Shown here: positions 53,484 to 64,000 of the stretch, piece by piece
Position numbering within the stretch: position 1 is the first letter of the stretch
How the letters are laid out: each line of letters starts with the position of its first letter
Assembly: GCA_051294375.1 (NCBI GenBank)
Contig: CM119268.1
Location: forward strand, 15,811,103 to 15,875,102
Reading direction: 5' to 3'
DNA: 64,000 nucleotides
Source of the DNA: Paraspadella gotoi
Taxonomy: Eukaryota > Animalia > Chaetognatha
Program-made: the position numbers and the translations under genes
The notes under the pieces: generated by a model
Database searches by the model: none
What the model saw: the letters and a program-made list of their open reading frames with translations, nothing else
Told to the model about the DNA's origin: nothing

Positions 53484-55299
53484 GAGAGGGAGAAAGAGAG
53501 AGAGAGAGATTGTCTGTTGTGAACTCTAACTTATTCGAGAGCTAGAATTGCTTGTGAAAGAGAGAGAGAAATACATCTGAGCAAATATTTGCATTGACAA
53601 AGAATTGCTTCATTTGTAACTGATTCAATAGACGGAAAAATACGCAAAATCCAAGTATTTGTTTTTGTTTTGTAAACATGATTTTTTTTTTCAAGAAAGC
53701 TTGTAAGTCACATTGATTCCTCCAAAAATAGTTAAATATGGCAGTTTAATGCAATTGAAAATGGATAGAGAGAAAAAAGTAATATCCATATTGCGAAATT
53801 TTTCGTCGGATAATTTGGGGGAAGAAAGAAAAAAAGAAGGATTTACACACTGAACATAACCGAAGCTTCATTTCGCGTTTTGATTGTAAAAAAATTGTAA
53901 TTACGATAATATGTGGTTTTTTTTTTTTTCAAATTCCAAGATCTGCGCTACGATTGCTGTTTTGGAGAGAAATATTTTAAATTAAAAAAGGTTATCTAAA
54001 TTTGTTTTCTACATAAATAAACAAAACATTTTCCGATTTGCTTTTTATTTTCTCTCCGAAAGGCAGTCGGCGGAAGAAGAAGAGAAGGAGACGCAGAAGC
54101 CAACTTTTTTTGCCGCCATAGTAGAAAATTGGCTTCGCACTTTGTTTCCGTTTTTATATCGTCCATTCGTTTATTGATTTAAATTCGAAGCCGTGTCTCG
54201 AGGGGATGCATCGATGGCTCCCCCTTATGCGGCAGAAGGAGAACATTTTTTGGGGGCAAGGCATTACTGGTAGATGTGATATCCAAACATCACAATGATG
54301 CTTTTTTTTTAACTTTTTTGTTTTTAATTCTAAAGATCCAAGATGACTTTTTTTCGTGTTTATTATATTCAGTAGGGAAAGGAGAATTGTGATATACACG
54401 AAAGGGAAAAAAAGTAAATATGAAAAAAAAATGAAAGTTGAAAGAAAGCGAGAGAAAGATAGAGAGATTATTTATTACAGGGAAAAGGTTTTAATTTTGT
54501 TATGTTTACAAACGTATCCACGAAACGTATTTAGATTCGTAATCAATAAATTGTTTTAATGAACATTTCACTCTGATAGTTGAAAATTAATCACAAACGA
54601 TATTTTTTTGGGCACCACAAACTGACGTTACAGCCAAAGCCGCCGCAAGTCGGCTCAAGTTGAATATTTTGGGCATCGTTCCATTTATACTATAATTGTT
54701 ATATTATACGTGGATTTAATTAAATGCGAGATTTAAAACGATTTCTTCAGAGCCACAGGGACGAGCCTTGTCGAGTAATTTCGTAATCTATTATATATTG
54801 GGTTCGTTTTATAACCTCATGGCACATTTAAGATATTTAAGACGAACAACTAAAAAGAATAACATAAAAGGAAAAAAAAGGGAAAAAAAAAACTACAAAA
54901 AAACACAATTATGCCGAATTTCAAAACATTTTTTGATTAAATCAACTTTATAGTAAAGCTTTTATACCGAAGTAGAAAAACGTAATAAATTAATGAGAAA
55001 AAAAGATCTGAGCAATAAGTTTTCTTTTTGGTGTATATGTACAAAGAGATAGAAAAAGTCAAACGAAAAATAAAATAAATCATTGACAGTAATTTTTTTT
55101 TTTTGGTAACGGAAAATAATGGTAAAGAAAACAATTTTTAAAGTAAACCAAAACTCATCATGTGGGGAACGACAGAAAGAGAGAGTGATAGGGAGAAAAA
55201 GGAGACGAAAATGGTAGATAAAGCTATCGTTTAATAATAATAATAAAATAATAATAAGAATTATAATAAACCTCCGTATGAAACGTACGTTCGATCGCA

Positions 55300-55405
55300 T
55301 GATGACGACCGATGACGAAGATGACGACGATGACGAAGATGATGACGATGATGACGAAGACGATGATCGCGTCGACGACGATGACGATAATGAAGATGAA
55401 AATGA
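55300..55405. repeat. Mixed (GAT/GAC/GAA)n trinucleotide tract in the presumed prospero 3' UTR
   Basis: Direct reading; lies ~250-350 nt downstream of the prospero stop codon. Confidence 0.85.
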
Positions 55406-55647
55406 TTGGCACGCGAAGTAGCTATATATGTTAGCCGTTAGATGATGCTGGGATTAGTTGTGTCCTAATTGCAAGGGGGAGAAAAAAAACCGAAGCCCAC
55501 TTCTTCTTTTTTCTCGGACGCGCCAAAATGCGCCTCCATATTTTTTTTTCGCTAATGTTGTGATCTTCGTTGTTGTGGGTTTTGGTTTTTCATTTCCGAG
55601 CGAGGGAATCTCGTGAGACTCGTCCACGCGGGTCGAGGGCGCCGCCT

Positions 55648-55737
55648 TCAGCAGGTCTTCTCGAGCTCCTCCATCCAATTGGGCGACTTGAAGAACTCGG
55701 GCACCGTGTCGTCCATGCGGGCGATGATTTTGTAAAT
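55648..55737 (-). CDS. pros: Prospero/Prox1, terminal coding exon
   Basis: Acceptor TTTGTCCCGACAG|, then [29 protein letters not shown], matching the Prospero-domain end (Drosophila-type [26 protein letters not shown]). Confidence 0.96.
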   Translation of the reverse strand: MYKIIARMDDTVPEFFKSPNWMEELEKTC

Positions 55738-56142
55738 CTGTCGGGACAAAAGAATCAGAATAAGATTGAGTCTAAAAATGAGGATAAGAATTAGAATAAA
55801 AAAAAAAATGGAATGCAATTGAATTAAATGAAATCGCATAAAAGTTAAAGAAAATATAAAGTTAGCTGCCAAAAAAAAAAAAATAAACAAATTCCCGAAT
55901 TCGGTACAATCCACTACGAAAACATTTGCATTTAACTTTGAGACTTCAGACGGTTGACGGCAACGAAATTATGATGACTAAAAATATCGCGTGACTTCTG
56001 AGTTTAAGTTCAAAATAATTTCTTTGCCCTCGAAAAACGTTTCATTTATAAACATCGCCTCATTGGCTCCGAGAGCACGTGACCACACCGACCACACCGC
56101 CGCCGATCGCGACGACAACGACAACAACAAAGTCCCCCTCAC

Positions 56143-56386
56143 CTGCTTCTTCCAACTGGGCTCGGCGTCCTTTCCCGCGCGAACCGACTTGTAGAATTCC
56201 CTCAGCGTCGCTTCCACGGTTTTCCTGAAAGAGGGCGGGACTTCGATCTGGTTGTTCCGGTTGTAGTGGAGATTGAGGACGCGGTAGATCTCGGATTCCG
56301 TCGAGACGTGGATCTCCTCGGGATTCTGAACGCCCTCGGCGATCGCTTGGCGGGCGTACTTCTCCATCTGGATGTAGTAGAATTCA
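56143..56386 (-). CDS. pros: Prospero/Prox1, penultimate coding exon (end of homeodomain helix 3 plus Prospero domain)
   Basis: Acceptor CCCCACAG|T GAA TTC TAC TAC ATC CAG ATG gives [81 protein letters not shown]. The donor CAG|GTGAGG is phase 0 and in frame with the last exon. [13 protein letters not shown] and LNLHYNRNN are diagnostic. Confidence 0.97.
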
Positions 56387-56674
56387 CTGTGGGGGAGGGG
56401 GGAAAAGGGTGAGGGGGGGAGGGATTATTAAGATGGAGAAGAATTCGCTGTGGCAATTTGAAGATGGGGGTTGATCGGTTTTAAGAGATGCTCTCAAAAA
56501 TGAGGGGAATATAAGGGATTTAGAAAAAAAAAGGAAACAAAACAACAACTGAAAATCAAGATTCATGCTTGAAATGTATAATATGCTAAATAAGTATGCT
56601 CCATTTTCTTAGTCCAAAAACCTTTTCAAAATAACTCCAGTTCCGCGCTTAAAATTGGTAGCCAAAAAAATCAA

Positions 56675-56757
56675 AGAGAGAGAGAGAAAGAGAGAAAGAG
56701 AGAAAGAGAGAAAGAGAGAAAGAGAGAAAGAGAGAAAGAGAGAAAGAGAGAAAGAGA
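56675..56757. repeat. (AAAGAGAG)n 8-bp tandem repeat in a prospero intron; (ATC)n tract at ~56990-57040
   Basis: Direct reading of the sequence. Confidence 0.9.
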
Positions 56758-56995
56758 ATTTATCGCACCGGAAGGTGAAATTCAAAGTTGACCAAAGTCA
56801 ACTTTAATCGGGTCTCTGTTAATTTTTTTTCTTTGAGGGTTAGAGGATAAGTGCCGACCTCTCTTTCTCTCTTTCTCTCTCTTTCTTTCACTTTGTTTCG
56901 ACATTGTGTGCCGATGAGAGGTGAAAGAGATGCCGGATTTTTGTGGGATCATCCAATTTCTTAAGAAACACGGGTTTGTCCTTCTTGTCATCGTT

Positions 56996-57027
<32 letters not shown>

Positions 57028-57176
57028 TATCTTCATCATCATCTCCGTCGTGGTCTTAAATTTTCTCTGTCAATAATCTAGCGCATTCTGCTTTAACCTG
57101 GGCGAAAAAAAAAGATCGATCCGGGAAGATTGCCCGGAGAAAAATTTTTTTAGGGCTCGGGAGAAAGAAGAGAAGG

Positions 57177-57254
<78 letters not shown>

Positions 57255-58937
57255 CCCCCATCTCGTGTAAAGAGGCTTTTAAAGATTCTCGAGTCAAATA
57301 AAGAAGCGGCGAAAGTCGGTCGGTCGTTCGGTCTCCGCCGAAGAAGAAAAAACTCGACGACGAAGTGAAGTTTTTTGTGTGTGAATATTTTTTCGTCGGG
57401 GGAGATCGTGTGAACTCGCCTTCGACGATTCTGGGAGGGAGAGAGAGAGAGGGAGGGGAAGAAAAAGGGAGAGAGAGGGAGAAGATGATGAGGGCGGAAA
57501 ATAGAAACAAGAAGGAACTTTTCTTTTTCGACCTTAATTTCTTAAATTCAGAATATATAACTGAATAATAAACATCAACATGGACACGATTTTTAAAAAA
57601 AAAAGGAATCAGGTTTGATAACATTAGCCAGTAGCCAATAGTCTTATTACATGTAGCGCTCGAAAAAAAAAAAGACGAGTCCTCGATTTTCCTCGCAGGC
57701 TACACTTAATCAATCCCGTTTTAAAAAATGTCTTCTTAGATTTATACGAATGAAAATAAGTAACAATTAAGAAAATTGGACCGACGACACCCCTTCCTCC
57801 TCTTCCCCCCCCTCAACCTTTCCTTCCTTACTTCCTCTCCTCCTCATCCTCCTCCTCATGGACATATGCGGTGACGCAGAAGAAAAAACAAGCTTTGAGA
57901 GAGGAGAGGGTTGGAGGTGTGGCGATGGGGGTTTAATGGGGCTGGGGGAGTGGATGATGGAGACGAGACGTCTGAGCGATGTGGAATTAAGGGAACAAAG
58001 TACTCGCTTATATTCATTCATTGGACTCAAGCTTAGGAGGACAAGGATATACTCCTGGAGAGAGGAGAATGAGAAGAGGAATGATGAAGTTAGGAATTGG
58101 TTTTTGGTTTTGTTAGCTACGGATTTGAACGTGAGGAGGAGACAAGATTGCCGGGCGGTGTGATGTTTCGGACCAGAATCATCAGCAGGCAAGTATCAAC
58201 GCCCGCCGCGCTCCGGATCAGCCACTGCAGCCAGTGGACTGCAGGAATCCGCACCTGCCGGAGCGGGCTGCGCGTTTTTTTGTGCCCAAGGGTGCAGAAG
58301 GAATCTCTCGAACGAGGAGAAGGCAAAAGAAGAAGGAGAAGTGAGGAAAATTTCAGCTCTATTATCCTCACAGAACACCCTCTTTCATCTATTTAAATTA
58401 AAGAATTAAAGATAATTTTATTCAGATGTTAGCGTGAAAAATCCAAAGATAATTCGCGGATAGACCATCGCCCAGCCATTAATGTAAATCTCATAATTTT
58501 CCATTTTTGAAGGCTTTGATTTATTTTCGGAATTTTAATTTTGTAAACGTTTTTAAACACGAGGCTGCTACACATGCAAATGAGAATATAGTTTCTATTC
58601 GGACATAAAGGATTTATTCGCGTGAGAAAGAAATATAAAGAACGCGAGAAATAGAGAGTGTGATATTGGATTAACCCCCCGGCGAATCAGCGGACGACCA
58701 TCACTCTTTTCTCTTTCAATCTCGAACAACGCCCCGGAACTCCCCCTCGGGCAAGGTGCGGTAAAGAAACAGGCCGAGAGGACGGCCCTCGGTTCGGGTA
58801 ATCGCCGACTGAAGACATTTCTCCCGGACAAAAGCCTCGACGAATCTAGGAGGCGAAATCGGAAGAACGGTTGTCGTCGAGTTGTGCCCGGACAATTCCT
58901 CGGTAACTGTTTTGTCGCGTGAGCGCGGGAAAGGAGA

Positions 58938-58987
<50 letters not shown>

Positions 58988-58999
58988 CTCTCTCTTCGT

Positions 59000-61103
59000 C
59001 TCTTTAGATTTTTCTGCTCAATGGTGCTTACATGAGTTAACTCTTGACAGGCAGTTCTTTCTCAAGAAGGTCATCCTCATTCTCTCTCTCTCCTCTCTCT
59101 CGCTCTCTCTCTCACTCTCTTTCTCTTTATTTTTTCTTGCTTCCATTTTTCTCGCCTTCAAAATCCCCTCCCATGCCTCTAGTTTTTTGTCTTCGTACGA
59201 CCCTATCTTTTCCCCTGGCTCTCCTCCCTCTCTCCACTTTCGTCCCCCTCTCTCTCCTCCCTCGTCTCCTCCCCTTCTCCTTCCTCGCTTCCAACATTTC
59301 ATCCCTCTCTCTCCTTCCCCTTACCTTTAGTCCTTCCCGCTTCTCCCTCTCTCCTCCCCTTCTGCTGTGGGTCGTTCGACCGTTTGCTCACCTCCCCTTC
59401 TCCCCTTCTCCTCCCTTTTCTCTCTCCATCGCCCTTCCGTCTCTCCTTCCCCTCCTCCTCTGCTCCTCCGATCTTCTCCCTCTCTTATTTTGCCCTCTTC
59501 TTGCCTGTCCCTATGCTGCGCCTTCCCTCGCTTCCTTTCGTCCGATGCTCTCCTCCCTGCTCGCCTGGTCTTGGTCGGGTATTCCCCATATCCCTCTTTT
59601 TCCTTCATCTTCGTTTCATCCTTTCTCTTCCTCCTCACTCTCTCCTTACTCCTATCTCAACCTTACAGCATCCATTTTTTTTACAACTCTCGCGCCGTTC
59701 TTGACCGTGCTCTCTCCTTCTGCCTTACTGTGTCAATCCCTAACTTCTCCTCCGCTTCCTCATATGGCCTCGCTTTCTCTCCTCTCTCTCCTCCTCTTCT
59801 TCTCTCTCGCTGCCTCCCTCTTTCTCTCCTTACTTATCTTCCTCATATATCCTATGTCCAGTTGTCTTCCCTCTCTCCTCCCTTCCTCCTGGTATCCTAT
59901 CGCTCTTTTCCCTCTTATCCTCCCTCTGCTTCCCTCTTCTCTCTCTATCTCTTTCTCTCTCTCCTCTTCTCCTTACTCTTTCTTCCCGTTTTCCCTCTCA
60001 TTTCTCGATATTGTTTGCCACTCTCTACTCTCTCCAGCTTCTTTCTTCCTCTTATTCCTCCAATTAACTGTACCTCTCTCCTCCGCCTTCTCGCACTCCG
60101 AACACCTCGCCTTCCTTTCCTTCCTCTCTGCTTCTCTCTATCCTCCTCTCTCGCCCTCTCCATCTCTACTTTCTCTCTCCTTTCTCCTTTTTTCCCTCCT
60201 CCTTTCTCTCTCCTCTCTTCCTCCCGCACACTTCCGCGGTTCCTTCCTCGGTAACGACGGAACCCCGTTCTCCACGATGCAGTCCCTCTGGCCCAATACT
60301 GTTAGCTCGATAATGAGCTCCGCTGACGACATAGAAAACCTCGATGACTTACTCCGTCCGTCGTCGGAGTTTTGGTTCCTTCTCTGCTCTCGGGCAGCGT
60401 CGCGATGACGAGGCGATCGAAGGAGAAGAAGCGAAGAAGAGGCCGAGAGGAATGAAGTACGACGGAGACGTATCAATGCGTGTGCCTTTAATACGATATG
60501 ACATCGAGGAGTTCGCGTTTAGAAAGCCTCGAGTGAGAATTCGTAGAATGAATCATAACGGGAAGAGGAAGAGAAATCGAGAGGGTAATGGGGGCAACTC
60601 GTCTCTCTTTCTTCTTCTTTCTCTCTCTTCCTTCTCTCTCTCTCTCTCTTTCTCTCAATCTCCTACTCTCTCTCCCACAATCTCGTCGCCGCATTGATAA
60701 TCTCCTTCTTCTTCTTCCTCTTCTATAATCCTTCTCTTCTCCGGGTTCTCTTTCTCTCTACTTTCTCGCTCTCTATTTCTTTTCCTTCTCTCTCTCATCT
60801 CCCTCTCGCGGTCAGTCCCACCCAAGGAATTTCGTCCGCCGCATGAATGTCTTTCTTCTGTCTTCCGTCTTGCTCCTTTCCATTTGCTCTTTCGTTCTCA
60901 CTCCTCTCATATTTCTCCTCCATACAGAGAATATCTCCACTTCTACTTTCTAATCAACAAAGTACAATCCGCGCTTCTCTTTCTCTGAATCTAAACTCTC
61001 GTCGCTGCATTTTTGAATGTAGATTAATTTATATATCATCCTATCTCATACATGGCATCTGGGTCTTACGCTCTTCTCGTTCCTTCTCTTATCCTCTCCT
61101 TTC
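59000..61103. other. Pyrimidine-rich low-complexity block, probably low-quality long-read fill
   Basis: Aperiodic C/T-rich sequence ending at a 25-N gap (61104-61128), similar in texture to 6071-6300 and 29950-30250. Confidence 0.6.
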
Positions 61104-64000
61104 NNNNNNNNNNNNNNNNNNNNNNNNNGGGGGGAATGCCTTCGTCCTGTCCAGTTGATTGTTGTACACGTTCTGAAGATAAAGAGGAGAAACCCCGAGG
61201 GAGGAAGAGAGGGGGAGGAAGAAGGGGAGGAAGGGGATTAGATGTTGGTAGAGGAGAAGAGAGAAACAGCGCTTGGGCAATGTTATTTTCAAGGATTTAA
61301 AAATCACGGTTTACTCGAAGAGAAAGAAGAGTGAAGTGAGTCATCTCGGTGGTCTTCGAGGTTATTGACTCGGGTCAAGTTGTGAGAAAGAAATGAATGA
61401 CATGAAGGGTCAGTTATGAAAGAAGCCTAGTGAAAACGGGTAAGTGAAACGGGGAAGGGGGAGGAGGAAGAGGAGGAGGGGCAGAAACCGGGTCGACTAA
61501 GAGAAGGAAAAAGTCTCGGAGGGAAAGGAGAGAGAAGCCTTGAATGGACGATGACGTCCAAGCCAACGGCGACGCCTGAGACGAGGGCAGCGACGACGAC
61601 AAAGACGACGACAACGATGTCTTTTCCATGACGATCAAACTGATAAAGATTATGATATTTTTTTTTTTACTTACATACATCAAACAAACATGAAATGAAA
61701 TTTAAAACGAGAGGAAGGATCATCATGATTGTAGTCTTCGCATCAATGTATGCAACAACCGCTTTTGCCATCAATGCCATTGCCAGTCTTGAAGACTGCA
61801 ACTCACCCAAGAGGGAGTAATCGGCATAACCTTCCAAATTATCGAGTCTTTGTCGACAGAGACGTCGAGGACGACGTTAAGGACGACGACGAAATCGGAC
61901 TAAACGACGATGTATACGTATGTATGTATGTATGTATACATTTAAATGAAAACGATGATCGTGACGTTACGGTCGACGATGGCGAAGACGACGACATTAT
62001 CTGCGTTTGTCAATTTTCACGCCCGTCGGCGGCTTTTTGTCGGCCGGTGTCGGCTTTCGTCGGCTTTCGTCGGCCTTCTTGCTTCATCGCTGAGGAGATG
62101 CGCTTTAATTCCTTTAATCTCCGCTTCGAGTCCAGTGATCGACGGAGAAAGCCGCCAAGCAAAAAAAAAAAAAAAAAGGCAAGCAGTGGACAAGCACTAG
62201 CGAAGAAATCCCTCTATATCAAGAGAAGGACAAGCAACGGACAAGCGTCGACAAAGAGGAAAGGAGGGAGAGGGAGAGAGAAGGACAGGATTTAAGAGTA
62301 AAGCAGAGAGAGTGTACAAGAAGAATAAAGAAAAAGAAAAATACAGTATATATATTAAAAAAAACAAACACATTCCTATATAATTAATCTCGTCAACCGA
62401 AATACGCCCTTCATTTTTATTCCGGTGGCAGCGTTAGCTTAGCCAAAACAGATTTAACCAAAGTTTGCAAATATAGCAATTTGCGCTATCTCAACGGTTG
62501 CCAAGGTGATAAAGGTGCGGCGATCAAGGCTGCAGTGAGCAAAGCTCATGACGATAAAAGCAGGAGCGACAACATCGCTTATGGAAGCAGGAGTGATAAA
62601 AGAAATCCGAAAAAATGACAAGTAAACAATCACAAAACTAAAAATAAACTAAGCTCATTAAGTCGATGTTCCTAAATGTTTAGAGAATCAAACAGATTTC
62701 AACGACTTGCGATCGAGACCGATTACATGGTGAACACATATTTGCATGTTGAGATTAAGATGAGTTTTCATTTGTTTCAATTTGATGCCTTCGATTTCTA
62801 TCAGTGACTTTTTCAGTCTTTTGCCACCTTCCTTTTTTTCCCACTCTTTTCCGTCTTTACTCCCATCTCATTCCCCCCAAGCTTTAATCCTCCCTTTGAT
62901 CCACCCTTCCATTCTCTTTTCCTCGTTCATCTTTTCCCTTTTCTCTCTCCTTCCATTTTCTCGGTTTTTCCTCCCTTCCGGTGTTGACCAAGGGAGATAC
63001 CCCTTCCTCTTCCTCCTCTTCCTCCTCTAATCTCTCCCATTCCTTCGCTTCTCCCTCAGCTTCTGTTCGTTCCCCTATGATTTGAAGCTTTATACTTTNN
63101 NNNNNNNNNNNNNNNNNNNNNNNTTCCACGGGAAAGGAGTTCTTTAGAGTACATTTAACACTCTGACAATTTTTCTCTTCTAAATATACCATGAATAAAC
63201 CCCGATTTTTTGATCTCAAAAACCATCGGACTTACAAAACACGTTTTTTAATAATATTATTTAAAGTCTAATAACAAATCCGTCTTTTCCGAGAACGTTT
63301 TTTTTACACGATTTTTTTTTGGTTTTTTTAGAAACACGATGACAATTAGAATCTCTTCGCTCAACGGTTTTCTTACACATTTGTTTTTTGGAACATTGTG
63401 TTTATCTCCAATCAGATAGAAAACATATAATTCAAAAACCTTCTTATGATGTTTTGCACCCAGGACATTACTTCTTTTCACCTTATATTTTTTTAAAATT
63501 AATAACAAATTTTATGGTTAAGTCCATTGAATTTTGCAGATGTCACATAACAGCAACATCAAAAGCATCTTTTCAAATTAACTATTAACAGGAGCATCAG
63601 TATTAAGGTTAATAATATTAATATTTATTAAAATTTTTATACTTTTAATTAACCAGAAATTAATAGAAAGACCGAACCGACCTAAATTAATATGCCCCCC
63701 TAAATATCCGCTCTCGGGCGCCACCTAATAAAGGAAAGTGGTGGGTGGCAATTGATCGAGATAAGGGTTTCAAGCCAAAGAAATTGAATGGTATTTTCTT
63801 CCAATAATCCGTTAAAAACGAGAGAAAACGGGAAATAAAAGACTCTAACAGTCCTGGGTTCAACTAAGTGGAACCATTCGATAAAACAATACATTAAGAA
63901 GAGAGAGAGAGGAGGAGAGAGAAGGAGTTCGCTTTGGTTTTGATACTGGCTTTTCTTGTTAACGTTTTCGCGTGAACAAGTTTTTTCATTCGGAAGTTTT

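Noticed and set aside
58117-58371. Candidate degraded prospero homeodomain exon
   Set aside because: Only scattered resemblance to YFPDI/NTAQLV codons after many assumed indels; no KAKLMFF or WFSNFR in any frame.
59044-60408. 454-aa ORF, the longest in the window, superficially hydrophobic
   Set aside because: Leu/Ser/Pro/Phe composition from pyrimidine-rich low-complexity sequence. Overlapping frames are also open, there is no domain pattern, and it lies near a 25-N gap.
62420-62620. ~65-codon open frame with balanced composition (SGGSVSLAKTDLTKVCKY...)
   Set aside because: No start codon, no convincing splice sites and no recognisable homology.

Overview
Gapped draft-assembly window from a microsatellite-rich invertebrate animal genome (short GT-AG introns; long AG/CT, GTC/GAC and TTTC tracts). 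It is not prokaryotic, and I see no rRNA, tRNA or CRISPR array. Most ORFs in the track are artefacts of simple repeats or N runs. Two genes are well supported, both on the minus strand. The first is the last two coding exons of a Prospero/Prox1 transcription factor (55648-56386). The second is a multi-exon gene (38022 to ~43900) for a long, mostly disordered protein with a coiled coil and a C-terminal RING-H2-type finger whose fifth zinc ligand is Asp instead of His. Two further unidentified spliced genes are probable (minus strand ~8.4-10.4 kb, plus strand ~11.8-14.5 kb). More than 40% of the window lies in large near-identical duplications or inversions (1-6.6 kb, 10.6-21.6 kb, 41.2-53.0 kb). 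These show long-read-type indel noise next to exactly 25-N gaps, so they are probably gap-filling, haplotype or amplification artefacts. One duplicate pair reveals a 572-bp AT-rich insertion with a 7-bp target-site duplication, belonging to a repeat family also seen at the window start. I found no convincing novel multi-gene system. The best leads are the Asp-substituted RING finger, the presence/absence insertion and the orphan genes.
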